A DNA stretch of 64,000 bases from Saccostrea cucullata (lineage: Eukaryota), in the NCBI RefSeq assembly GCF_032062105.1, contig NW_026931856.1, positions 248,001-312,000 of the forward strand, written 5' to 3'. Positions 37,540 to 49,960 of the stretch are shown one piece after another. Both the position numbers and the translations under genes were made by a program. The notes under the pieces were generated by a model. It was not told the origin of the DNA and made no database searches. It saw only the letters and a list, made by a program, of their open reading frames with translations. How positions within the stretch are numbered: position 1 is the stretch's first letter; every line of letters begins with the position of its first letter.

Positions 37540-38130
37540 CGGAAGCGTATTAGTGCCACGCAATATTTTTTTTAAAGTTGGTAATTCCAACTTTAAAGTT
37601 GGAAATTCCACTTAAAAGTTGGTAATTCCAACTTAAAAGTTGGTAATTCCAACTTAAATCTTGGAAATTCCAACTTTAATGTTCGTAATTCCAACTTTAA
37701 AGTTGGTAATTCCAACTTTAAAGTTGGTAATTCCAACTTTAAAGTTGGTAATTCCAACTTTAATCTTGGCTTTTCCAACTTTAAAGTTGGAATTTCCAAC
37801 TTTAAAGTTGGAATTACCAACTTTAAAGTTGGAAAAACCAACTTTAAAGTTGGAAAAGCCAAGATTAAAGTTGGAATTTCCAACTTTAAAGTTGGAATTA
37901 CCAAATTTAAAGTTGGAAAAGCCAAGATTAAAGTTGGAATTACCAACTTTAAAGTTGGAAAAGCCAAGATTAAAGTTGGAATTACCAACTTTAAAGTTGG
38001 AAAAGCCAAGATTAAAGTTGGAATTACCAACTTTAAAGTTGGAAAAGCCAAGATTAAAGTTGGAATTTCCAACTTTAAAGTTGGTATTACCAACTTTAAA
38101 AAAACTTTGCATGGCACTAATACGCTTCCA
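37540..38130. mobile_element. TA-TSD MITE filled with a 21-bp self-palindromic minisatellite
   Basis: ta|cggaagcgtattagtgccacgcaa...ttgcatggcactaatacgcttcca|ta, with about 25 units of aaagttgg(N5)ccaacttt. Confidence 0.9.
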
Positions 38131-38317
38131 TAAGAAATACCCGGTATTAATCCTGAGAATGTAAAAGTCAAAATTTCTCAATCACTTTTTAAAAACTTAT
38201 TCCACACAGAATCTACACGTAATTTAGATCCAGAGGAAAAACGAAATTCGCAATAACGGAAAACATAATCTACACGTAAATTCGATCCAAACGAAAAGGA
38301 AAATTTTGCAGTAACGG

Positions 38318-39071
38318 CAGTGGTGTGCAATTAGCATCGCCCGACGCCCGGGGCTACCACTTTTTGGGGTCGGACTAGTGATTTTCTGCATGGAGGTAGC
38401 CCATCGGGCTAGTAAAAATTATAACTACACACGCAATACATGGAAAGCACAACCTGTATTTTCACTTGTTTTTGCTATCAAATTCCCAACCAGTGAAAAT
38501 TTTTCTAATAACATGCTCCTACTCTCAATAAATCCCCATTATCTTATCTGTTTTGCAGCACTTCCTGACTTATTTACTTCCAAAAACGATCGTTTTTTTT
38601 CTAATCCGAATTTCCTCTATTCTTTCATTTATGGTAAATACATGCAGATATCTCATTGAATTATTTACGATCACTCAATCAACTGAAAGATAAGTGTTTT
38701 ATGACTCACATAAAATATATTTATAGTGTATTTAATGATTTAAGATGAAAACAAAATGAATTAAATTTCATTCTAAATGAGCTAGTGCAATGTTCAGAAA
38801 AAGGGAAGATAATTTATTTAGATTCATTTTAATCTTCTTTCATTATAATTTATACATGATTTAATTTCATAGTGAGAATTAAACTTTAATTTTAAAAAGA
38901 ATGACCTCAGTACCCTGACTTTTTCAACAATTAATTTCTTTTCAACGTATATTTTTTATTTTAATTTTTGCCCCTATATTTGGGCTAGTAACTTTTCACT
39001 TGGGGCTAGTAACTTTATAGCTGCCACCAACCCGTGGGCTAGTTACTAATTTTTCTAATTGCACACCCCTG
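38318..39071. mobile_element. hAT-like MITE with a 5-bp TSD (hAT5-like)
   Basis: TIR cagtggtgtgcaattag / ctaattgcacacccctg, TSD aacgg on both sides, and subterminal gggctagt and gcccga motifs. Confidence 0.82.
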
Positions 39072-39124
39072 AACGGAAAACATCCACTCTCCTCGTGCAA
39101 AATCGTCCATTTTTCGAGTTTTTA

Positions 39125-39125
<1 letters not shown>

Positions 39126-39170
<45 letters not shown>

Positions 39171-39228
39171 CATTTTGTCCGTCGTCCGTCCGTCTGTCCG
39201 TCTGTCTGTCCGTCTGTAAACTTTTCAC

Positions 39229-39259
<31 letters not shown>

Positions 39260-40876
39260 TAATTTTGACCAAACTTGGTACAAAGCATTCTTGGGTGAAG
39301 GGGAATTTAAATTGTTAAAATGAAGGGACGGGGAGATAATCAAGAAAAGACAAAAATAGGGTTGGGTCATTAAAAAAACTTCTTCTCAAGAACCACTTGG
39401 CCAGTAAAGCTGAAACTTATGTGGAAGCATCCTGGGGTAGTGTAGATTTTAAATTGTTCAAATCATGACCCCCGGGGGAAGGGCGGGGCCACAATGGGGA
39501 ATCAAAGTTTTATATAGAAATATATAGGAAAAATCTTTGAAAATCTTCTTCTCAAGAACCACTGGGCCAGAAAAGCTGAAACTTATGTGGAAGCATCCTG
39601 GTATAGTGTAGATTCTAAATTGTTCACATCATGACCCCCGGGGGAAGGGCGGGGCCACAATGGGGAATCAAAGTTTTATATAGAAATATATAGGAAAAAT
39701 CTTTGAAAATCTTCTTCTCAAGAACCACTGGGCCTGAATAGCTGAAACTTATGTGGAAGCATCCTGGTATAGTGTAGATTCTAAATTGTTCACATCATGA
39801 CCCCCGGAGGAAGGGCGGGGCCACAATGGGGAATCAAAGTTTTACATAGAAATATATAGGAAAAATCTTTGAAAATCTTCTTCTCAAGAACCACTGCGCC
39901 AGAAAAGCTGAAACTTATGTGAAAGCATCCTGGTATAGTGTAGATTCTAAATTGTTCAAATCATGACCCCCGGGGGAAGGGCGAGACTACAATGGGGAAT
40001 CAAAGTTTTATATAGAAATATATAGGAAAAATCTTTGAAAATCTTCTTCTCATGAACCACTGGGCCAAAAAAGCTGAAACTTATGTGGAAGCATACTGGT
40101 ATAATGTAGATTCTAAATTGTTCAAATAATGACCCCCGGGGGAAGGGCGAGGCCACAATGGGGAATGAAAGTTTTATATTGAAATATATAGGAAAAATCT
40201 TTGAAAATCTTCTTCTCAAGAACCACTGGGCCAGAAAAAGTGAAGCTTATGTGGAAGCATTCTGGGGTAGTGTAAATTCTAAATTATAGGAATCATGACC
40301 CCCGGGGGAAGGGCGGGGCGACAATGGGGTATCAAAGTTTTACATAGAAATATATAGGAAAAATCTTTGAAAATCTTCTTCTCATGAACCACTGGGCCAA
40401 AAAAGCTGAAACTTATGTGGAAGCATACTGGTATAATGTAGATTCTAAATTGTTCAAATAATGACCCCCGGGGGAAGGGCGAGGCCACAATGGGGAATCA
40501 AAGTTTTATATAGAAATATATAGGAAAAATCTTTGAAAATCTTCTTCTCAAGAACCACTGGGCCAGAAAAAGTGAAGCTTATGTGGAAGCATTCTGGGGT
40601 AGTGTAAATTCTAAATTATAGGAATCATGACCCCCGGGGGAAGGGCGGGGCCATTATAGCGGATTCAAAGTTTTACATAGAAATATATAGGAAAAATCTT
40701 TGAAAATCTTCTTCTCAGGAACCACTGGGCCAAAAAAGCTGAAACATATGTGCCCATGGAAGGATCATGGGGTAGTGTAGATTTCAAAATGTCTAAATTA
40801 CTATCAGTGGGGTAGGGTGGGGATGCATTATGTATAACAACGGGGAAATCTGGTAAAGAACAGAATGGTCAAAAGC

Positions 40877-40913
<37 letters not shown>
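39126..40913 (+). mobile_element. HINE/pearl-type (CvA-like) element carrying about nine copies of the 166-bp oyster Cg170/HindIII-type satellite
   Basis: 5' ttttagctcacctgagccgaaggctcaagtgagct plus a (gtcc/gtct)n microsatellite. The anchor aaccac recurs every 166 bp from 39391 to 40720. 3' caggtgagcgatgtggcccatgggcctcttgtt. Confidence 0.92.
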
Positions 40914-40915
<2 letters not shown>

Positions 40916-41295
40916 AAATCCTTCTCGCTTACGACAGCCACACGTCTCTTTCACTTCGTTTTTATGTCGCAATTCAATTAGAAAAAAAATAATCCGTGAC
41001 ATCCAAGTCCATCGAAGAATTTTCTGTAAATCCTGTTTTTGTAAATCTAGTTAAACCGGGATTTTAAAACCCATGAAATATATTATAATAAATCTCCATC
41101 TATAGATCACAACAATTGCGGTTAAATCCTCCACTTTATCCATTAAGACTTACTATCACTCGATTACGTCTACCCCGTTAAATTGTAAAAACTAATCTGA
41201 CCGAATTTTACGTTTTCCGTGGAAATATATATATACTGCAGATGCGTACTCCCCGTCGGGGCCTCATCTACAGAACTCTGGCGGAAGTTTGGATG

Positions 41296-41370
41296 CATTC
41301 GTAACTACTCGGCCATTTTCCGAAAGAGAAATATTTATCGTTCACGGAAATGGCCGAGTAGTTACGATTG
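41296..41370. mobile_element. 75-bp hairpin mini-MITE with a 10-bp TSD (Mutator-like size)
   Basis: TIR ca(t/a)tcgtaactactcggccattt. The sequence agtttggatg is duplicated exactly at 41286-41295 and 41371-41380. Confidence 0.8.
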
Positions 41371-41433
41371 AGTTTGGATGCTGCAAAGTTATAAAGTGGG
41401 CGGAGCTATTTTTGATTGATCGTGTCACAAATC

Positions 41434-41554
41434 ATTTAGAGAACTCGACAGGTTCTGTATCGTAGATACAAATTTGGGGGTGGAGACTCGTGCTTACGCA
41501 CTCGTCCACCCCAAATTTGTATCTACGATACAGAACCCGTCTCGTTCTCTAAAT
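41434..41554. repeat. Near-perfect 121-bp palindromic element
   Basis: atttagagaac...gttctgtatcgtagatacaaatttgggggtgga pairs with tccaccccaaatttgtatctacgatacagaac...gttctctaaat. Confidence 0.8.
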
Positions 41555-41694
41555 AATACATATTATTATATAGTATGAGAGTTTTCTTTTATTAAAAAAA
41601 AAGGTAATAAACATATCAAGTGGCTGTACTCTTAGTAGGGCCAGGAGAAAAACATTGTTGATTGGATCTAAAATAAGGAATCAATGGATGATTG

Positions 41695-41782
41695 TTATTC
41701 TCTTTATTAGAGAATTGGACGGGCTTTCGCCTACGTCCACGTGGATGTAGACAAAAGCCAGTCCATTCTCTAAAGAGAATAA
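41695..41782. repeat. Imperfect 88-bp palindromic element
   Basis: ttattctcttta...tagagaattggac...ctacgtccacgtggatgtag...gtccattctctaaagagaataa. Confidence 0.7.
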
Positions 41783-41924
41783 ATAGATGATTGTGGGAAT
41801 TAAGGATGAGGGTCGTCGCGTCGCAAACCACTGTCAAAATGCGAGAGGGAGCTCTCTTTTGCGGACTCCGGACCATGAAGATTGGTTTGAGTTTGGGACG
41901 GGGGTCTGTATGAATTCTTTTTAA

Positions 41925-43040
41925 AGAAGATGCGTTTGTGACACACTGATGCCCCCGTATGGCAGCTTATGGCGAGGGTTGAAATAATTCAACTGCAAAT
42001 TAAACTCCAATGTCCAGAGGTCAAAATTGTTGGTACCCAATAGAAGGTCTTCTCACAAGGAATAAACCTATGAAATATAAAAGTCCCAGTACTAAAGGTG
42101 CAGAAGTTATGGTCGAGGTTATTTTTTATAACTTGGTCAAACTTCAAGGTCAAGGTCAACATTGTTGGTATTCAAAGGAAGGCCTTGTCATGAGAAATAC
42201 AGCTGTCAAATATGAAAGCACTAGTACTAACGGTTCAATATTATGGTAAAGTTTAAAGTTTTTATAAAAGTATATAAGAGTTTGGCCCTCTATGGTTTAG
42301 GTCAAAAGGTCAAATATTTTAATACCCAAATAATAGGACTTGTCAAGTAAATACACATGTGAAGTATAAACTTTTAGCACCAACTTATCATCAAAAGTTA
42401 TGGCTATGGTCAAAATTCGGAAATTTTTTGGGGAAAGTGGGTCAAACTCCAAGGTCACAAGGTCAAATTTAGTGGTATCAAAAGCGTTATAACGTAAAAG
42501 TATCGCGTAATAACGCGAATTATTTATTTCAATTTTTATAACCTACCAAAACAGCTGTAAAAGATGTGTTTGTGAAACACACTGATGCCCCTGTATAGCA
42601 AGACATAGCAATTAATATTGGTACCCAAAGTAAGGCCCCTCTCAAGAAATAAGATTTTGAATTATGAAAGCCTAGCCCCTCCTGTTCAAAATTATGGCCA
42701 AGGTTAAAGTTTTTAAAGTAGGTCAAACTCCAGGGTCAAGGTCAAAGGGTCAAAGTTATTGGTTTCTAAAAGAAAGGTCCTCTTTCAAGGATTACATATG
42801 TGAAGTATGAAAGCCCTAGTCCTACCTGTTCAAAAGTTATGGCCGAGGTTAAAGTTTATAAAAAGAAGGTCATACTCCAAGATCAAAATTAAAGGGTCAA
42901 AGTTGTTGGTATCCAAAGGAAGTCTTGACACAAGGATTAAATATCTGAAGTAAGAAAGTCCTAGCCTTTACCGTTCAAAAATATGGCCAAGGTGAAAGTT
43001 CAATTTACAAGGTCAAAGTCAAAGTTGTTTGTCTTGTCAT
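41925..43040 (-). mobile_element. Degenerate HINE-like elements with ggtcaaactccaaggtcaagg repeats
   Basis: Two copies of the terminus aagatg(c/t)gtttgtga...cacactgatgcccc (near 41927 and 42561), each followed by diverged tandem units. Confidence 0.6.
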
Positions 43041-43043
43041 AAA

Positions 43044-43908
43044 GGGCGAATTTGTTTCTCAAATACTGGGTTAAGTTTTGAACCAGTTTTGTAAACTGTT
43101 CATTTGTTCCACAAACTGGTTTTAAACTAGTTTAAACCCAGAACCGGTTTTCCATTTGTTTTGGCTGTAACTAGAACCAGTTCGTTAAACCAACAAAACC
43201 ACCTCCGATGGTGGTTTATTCGGTTTACGAAAGAGCGGGAAGTATTCCAATATGGCGGTGATGAAAGATGGTGACTATTCTAATAAAGAAAAAAAGTTAT
43301 AAATAATTGTTTTTTCGAGGAAAAACAACTCTTTTGACTAAAATGCCACATTCTGATATTTGATGTTTTATATACTAGGCTTCAGAGAATAGATAAATGT
43401 TGCATATTGAAAATAATGGTGTTTGTTCATTAATAATGAACAGAATTTGTTAAATTTTCCTTTTCAAAAATAAGTTTTGAATCATTTGGACAAACTTCAA
43501 CATGTGTGGTAAATTGTACAACATACTGCAAAGACAACTTAAATATTGGAAATCTAAAGAGTAATTAAAAATACCTGAGTGTTTATCTTTCCGTGTGTTA
43601 AAAATGTGGAAATTGTTCATTTGATTAATCTTTGAGGCATTAAAAATATAAATACTGCACTTTAAATATAAGTAGATACTTTATAATTTCTTGAATTCTT
43701 TTATTAAGAAAAAGATTTTAACAAATTTATTTGCATGTGTAATTTGGTTAATACATGTATGATGTTCTGCATCTTTTTGACACCATCTTGTATAAACTGT
43801 TCATTTGTTTGACCGAGGTAAACCGGATTGAAATTTAAACCAGTTTGAAAAACTAGTTTTAAACCTTAAACCAAAACCTGAACCAGTTTATGTGCAACAA
43901 ATTCGCCC
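43044..43908. mobile_element. PIF/Harbinger-like MITE
   Basis: TIR gggcgaatttgtt / aacaaattcgccc with 3-bp aaa flanks and subterminal aaaccagttt motifs. Confidence 0.7.
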
Positions 43909-44173
43909 AAAGAGTACATAAGCCTGTATGAAGTATGCGAGTCCTATGCACAAAGACACCGAAAGCGGTGGTGGATCACAATATTCATTGAATTTGCTTG
44001 TTTAAAAAAAATGCCAATATGGTGCTGTCGTTTGTCGATTAATTAAAAAAAACGAGAAAAAGATACAAAATGAATTATATAAAGTCCTATTTGGACTAGA
44101 TTATTATTGTTTCAGTACTACATATATACCATGTACGAATTTCCATTGAACGATTTACTTAAAGGAATTCATC

Positions 44174-47100
44174 ATGGCGTCGACTATGCTAGCCGAACCA
44201 CCAAGAGGTGGATTTTCATTCGAAAACTGCCGCCGGTAAGAATATATAGTTGTTTTTACAAGTCAGAATTTATAGTTAACAGTTTGTTTGATATTTTTGT
44301 GTGGCAAGACATGTGTTTCACATCATAAAATAAGGTAAATAATGATAAACTGCCGGTAGGGTATGACAATGCAATTTTACTAAATTTAGTAAATTTTCAC
44401 AAAAGAAAGGTGTGTTTTCGTGCTTGTTAGGTGTAGCATGTAAAGGTAAAGTTATTTTAAGACAAATATTTTAACATATGATTCTAAAGGTATGTTAAAG
44501 TGAAATATCAATATCCTCTCTTTTTTTACGTAGTTCGATATTTCTCTAAAGATTTCTATTAAAATTATTTTCTTTCAGACTTTGCAAAAACTATAGAAAA
44601 CACCCAACTTAATTTTTAGTTAACTTAAATTAAAAGAATAATACGACATATTATATAACAAAATTTTTAATGCATTTCCATTTCTTTTCTTCAAAGTGTT
44701 TTTTTGAGCAAATTCAATCTAATTTGCTAGTCCAGTCTTTGAAATAACCTGGGTGCCCGATGCCCGAGACCTGGTAAATTTGCCAGCGGGCATGTGAAAA
44801 TTCTCAAAGTACATGCCCGAAGGGCATGTGTGAAGTTTCTTTCGATTCACAATGTTTACTTTCTATTTCTCTTCTGTTACTCGCGTAAACTTGCTATGTA
44901 ATGTCTTAAGATGAAATGCCAGTCTACATTCGTCTTTCGTTACATTATCGGTACGACCTGTCAAATGATTGTCAATCATAATCATTAACGTGTTTAATTT
45001 AACCTATTTGTTTGCAGGCCATGGTTGATTTAAAACTCTGGATACAATTTAAACTTAAGATTGAGAGAATTTAAAAAAAAAAAAATTGTCATGAAAGTTC
45101 ATATAAAAACCTTTTTTTTTTTTTGTTGCACAATCATATCTCTGTTATATGAATGAATTTTGAGTAGGGCATGTACAAATTTCAATGGGCTGGGTTAAAA
45201 TGACAGGTATACATGCCCGAAGGGCATGTGCTGAGAAAGAATTGTTGTGAAGACGTACATTGCAACTATATGGGTTCTTTTCTTTAAAAATCCTGTTTCT
45301 TCAACTGAAACAGACAAGAAAGTTATTGTATAGCCTATGGTTTCACTAAATCACTTGGGAAGTGTAGACTTACTCACATTATATCATATTTCAGTTGCAT
45401 ATTTTCATTACAAAGTCTAAAATATGGAATTTATTTAAATTCTTAAAAAGAGAATTTTAGGATCTGCCATCTATATGCAATATATATACCGTATTATCCC
45501 TATTAACCGCCCGGGCGCTTAGAAAATTGCAAAAAATCTTTGAAAAAAGAAATAAATTCAAAGAACCACTTAAATAATGTTTAACTTTACTTTAAGTGAA
45601 GATAATCAACCCAAATTAAGCTAAATGATTCATTTTCCACCGAGAAATTGGATTATATACAGGTTTCATTTTCAGTTTCTTCAAATTTTGGCAGATTTAC
45701 TAATACGATTTTAAATGATTATAATCACTGTCCAGGGGGCCCTTATTTCCTGACAATTGAAAAAGACCTAAGGGGGCGCTTGTAGGGGCAGGGGCGGATA
45801 ATAGGGATTATACAGTATTTAAATTTTTTGTTGTTGTTGTAAACTTTGATTTGGTTGTCTAAAAATTCATATGAGCCTCTTAGGTAAGTTATGGAAGATT
45901 ATTTTTACTGAGTTTACATTTAACAATGAAAAAAAAATCTATTTTAACCTTAAAAGCTCAGCTTACTGCAGTCATTATTACTTAGATTATTTGAAGTAAA
46001 AAGAGTCAGACCTAGAGTATACTTGTTAAAACTGTTATATACATGTAACTTATATTGTACATGTGTTTTTTCCAATTTAACAGGAACAAATGAATCTGTT
46101 AATGTTATGTAACATGAAGATCACTCAAATCATATATGCTCTTTTGCCCTGATGTAACTTGGTTTAAGATTCATCATTACTTTTGGATTCATAGCACATT
46201 AAACTACACCCACTTGCAAAATTAGTGAATCTACAGTATACATGTACTTCAAATTTAGCCTTCTGACATTATGTTATGGTTATTGACACTTCTGTTCTAT
46301 TTTCAGGAATCAAATGTTTGAAGAGAAGGGAATAAAGGCCCCTACTGCTTACAAGACTGGAACAACAATTGTTGGTGTTATTTATAAGGTAAGTCAACTC
46401 AAGATTAACTAGTGCTGCTAGTAATTTTAATATCCCTTCATTATTGTGAAAAAGATGCCCTCTTTTAATGTATTTGGCGTAGTGGTCTGGTTTTCTCCAG
46501 AGTAAGGAGTTGATTATGTAGTGTATATATATCTTTGATTTGAATCCCGCTTTGGGGTGTTGAGACCAGTCCTTCAAATGAGAGTGTATAAATCAAGATT
46601 TGTGTTGCAGTAGGTGTTGGCACAAAAAAAACCCCTCATTTGCTCAATGCCTTGAGTGCCGAGTACAGGTCTAAATTTACAGTTGTCCACCAACATGTAG
46701 TGGCATCTCTGAATGAGTGAAAAATTCTTGAGGGGGATGTTAAACTAACAAATAAACAAACAAAAAGCCTTAGGGAACCCTTCAAATCTTCAGAGCAATT
46801 ACAATAAGTTTAAAGCTTCTTAAGATTTGTAGAGATGAAAGTGTTAGCATATTAAAATGTCTCTTTTTTTAGGATATTTATAGGTGATATATTATCGAAG
46901 TCTCTGTTTTAGGATGGTGTGGTGCTTGGAGCTGACACCAGAGCCACAGAAGACACTGTTGTGGCAGACAAAAACTGCAGCAAGATTCACTACATTGCTG
47001 ATAATATATAGTAAGCATTGTCTATGTCAATATAATATTTAAAGGATTCATAACGTATGTTTGGTCTGTTATTAGCCTTTTACTAATGATTCCTAACTGA

Positions 47101-49649
47101 TTCTTGGCCCACTAATGCATATCATGTTTAGTTTGAAAACATTTCATATTTGGGGGTAACCATATTAGAAGTACATACCTGTTATTTTATGAGTATTTGC
47201 ATTTTGACATATGATCTCAGAAATAACTGTAAGAGTGTTGTATGAAGAGTTTTTAGCTCATCAGGGCTGAAAGAGCTAAAACAAGTTTTGCATGGAATGA
47301 AGCATGGAAAAATATTTAAAAGTTTCTTAGTCTCAAGAACCACTGGGCCAGGGAAGCTTAAACTTATGTGAAAGCATCCTGGAGTGGTGTAGTGCAAATT
47401 CTTAATACCGGTAGTTCAAATCATGATCCTGTGGGTTAGGGGATGTCACAATAGGGATTCAAATTTTCACATTGAAACATACAGGCAAAATATTTTAAAA
47501 TCTTCTTCTCAAGAATCTCTAGGGGTAAGAAAAACTGAAACTTTTGTGGAAGCTTTCTGAGATAGTGTAGAATTTTAATTGTTCAAATCATAATCCCGTT
47601 GTGTAATGTGGGGCAACAATGAGTATTACAAAGTGGAAATCTGGGTGAAGAACAGAAGGGCCAAACTTACTCAGGTGAGCATTTTGGCCCATGGGCCTTG
47701 TTGATGTATAGATCTTGATTGATACTGTGTTTTTGTATGGTACTGCAGTGGTGTTGTATAGAATCTTTTGATTGTTACAGTTGCTGTGGAGCTGGGACAG
47801 CGGCAGATACCGAAATGACCACTCAGATGATATCATCCCAGCTGGAGCTACACCGACTTAACACTGGAAGGAAGCCTAGAGTGTGTACAGCTAACAGACT
47901 CCTTAAACAGATGCTATTTAGGTATGGATAAAAATATGCTATCATCTTCATCATCAAAAAAGAATTTTGAAATTAAAAACATTATGAGTTTGTCTTTATA
48001 TACTAGTACATGTATCTTATAAAAAGATCTCTGATTAAGGAAGCTCTAAACACTAACAGAAACTGCTTTTTGGTCTTGGAGAAAAATATATTATATAAAG
48101 GTGTGCATATTGAGGCAATTTCATTTATTTGTAAGATAGGGTACCTGTCTTAAATCCACAGGAAAAATATCTTAAGACAATGGATTATTTTATGAGCAGA
48201 AATCATTAAATGAAAAATTAATGAAAATGAGAAATTCAAATACTTATTCTTGGTCTTGTATAATGCTAAAATATTCTAATCTATTAGAAATCCTGTACTT
48301 TAACTGTAAATAACACTTTTTAAAATCTTACTTCTAAGGGCAGATCACTCTAACTGCATAAAACTACACTATGAATAGAGGTCTTTAGTTTGCAGTATTT
48401 AGAGCTTCCTTAAATAAGAAATTTCATTGTTATCCATTTTCAAAAAAAATTAAATCTCACACAAAATTTTTATATTAATTTACAATGTTATATTGAATAA
48501 GATTACTTTTCAGAAAATGAAATTAAATGCTCATGAAACTTTTGGATGACAATGCAACAAAATTTTATCTCCTTAGAAATTTCTGTATTTACAGTACCCA
48601 GTACATGTATATTAATCTTTGCACTTCTTTTCAGGTATCAAGGTCATATTAGTGCTGCCTTGGTCCTGGGAGGTGTGGATTCTACAGGTCCACATCTATA
48701 CAGTGTGTATCCTCATGGGTCCACAGACAAACTTCCCTATGTAACAATGGGTATGCATATTTCTTTTCTTACCTGTACTTTTACCAATGTATGATCTAAG
48801 ATTCGTTACAGCAGTTTCAGTGCTATTCAAGCCCATTGTTGAAATTATATTTTACACCATAGAATTCTCTTTTTGGGCCTAAAACAATACTAGCAGCAAG
48901 TATTATGCATTTACAGTAGTTTTTTTTATTTGAATTTATAGGTTCAGGATCCTTAGCAGCTATGTCAGTTTTTGAGAGGGGATTCAAACCAAACTTGGAG
49001 GTAATTTACTGCATTTTTGTTGTCAATGGGATTTTTAATGTTGCCCCTTACGACTTTTTACTTTGAGACATATAAGCGTATACACAGTTTTAGTGAAAAT
49101 TGAATCTTCAATACATTTCAATCCCCCTCCCAGCCACCAAGTACTATCTCAGTTATGGAAAAAAACCTGATCATTTCTTAACAATAGCAGGTTTTAAATT
49201 CTCAAATGCTGATATCCTAACTTTATATAATTGTAAACAGAAAGAGGAGGCCAAAAAGCTTGTAAGAGATGCGATAGCAGCTGGTATATTTAATGATCTG
49301 GGGTCAGGAAGTAATGTGGATGTCTGTGTTATAACTAAGGACAAAGTGGAATATCTACGACCCTATGATGAAGCTAACCTTAAAGGACAGAGGTAATAAT
49401 CATTATTCTAGGAATGAATTCATTGTAGTCGTTGGATTCTGATAACTGTTGATACAACAGTAGATATTCAAATGCTTTTCTGGGTTATTTTGGCACCCCA
49501 CAACGTAAAAATAAACGAATCTTTTCAGGCAAGGATCCTATAGGTACAAGAAGGGAACAACTGCAGTGCTGAAAACAGAGGTCAAGAAAATTCCTTTTGA
49601 CATTGTGAAGACTACAGTTAAAGCCGCAGAACCAATGGAAACTGTTTAA
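44174..49649 (+). CDS. PSMB7: Proteasome subunit beta type-7 (beta2, trypsin-like), 276 aa, 8 exons
   Basis: Exons 44174-44235, 46307-46388, 46913-47010, 47781-47921, 48635-48750, 48942-49000, 49241-49392 and 49529-49649. Propeptide [11 protein letters not shown], catalytic Thr in KTG|TTIVGV, then [24 protein letters not shown] and [10 protein letters not shown]. Confidence 0.97.
44733..45255. mobile_element. Degenerate hAT-like MITE in PSMB7 intron 1
   Basis: Subterminal gcccga motifs and two catgcccgaagggcatgtg hairpins, as in 38318-39071. The TIRs are decayed. Confidence 0.45.
45489..45815. mobile_element. Tc1/mariner (pogo-like) MITE with TA TSD
   Basis: ta|ccgtattatccctattaaccgccc...gggcggataatagggattatacag|ta. 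Confidence 0.75.
46475..46765 (+). mobile_element. Degenerate tRNA-headed SINE (probably a mollusc Meta-domain type)
   Basis: A-box-like tggcgtagtgg, B-box-like tttgaatccc, central gcagtaggtgttggcac...ccctcatttgctcaa, and an (aaac)n tail. Confidence 0.6.
47251..47702 (+). mobile_element. Short degenerate CvA-like HINE with about two 166-bp-type monomers
   Basis: Starts ttttagctca and ends caggtgagcattttggcccatgggccttgtt. The internal monomers resemble those at 39126-40913. Confidence 0.75.
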
Positions 49650-49960
49650 AAGAGGACAGTTCTTTATTGAAATAACTGTGTAGGACTACAAAGACTAAAA
49701 CAAATTCTCATCTGAAGTGCTTTTCTGTTATATCTGTACATCTAACTCAGAGAATACCTTTTTGCTACAGTGTATAAGACTAATTGTATATCTGTGTAAT
49801 AAAACAAACACATCATTTGAAATATTGTTACAAAAGTTCATTTATTTGCTGCTTTTATAAGGTAGAAAATAAATATGACCAAAATATATGTTGTTAAAAA
49901 AATTTCTTTGGCACTTTGAATATCACAGATCAAATATTGCACTAGTTTCCCAAATGTGCA

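Noticed and set aside
37593-38181. Heptad-repeat proteins (PTLKLEI / SNFKVGN)
   Set aside because: They are translations of a 21-bp palindromic minisatellite, open on both strands, inside a MITE.
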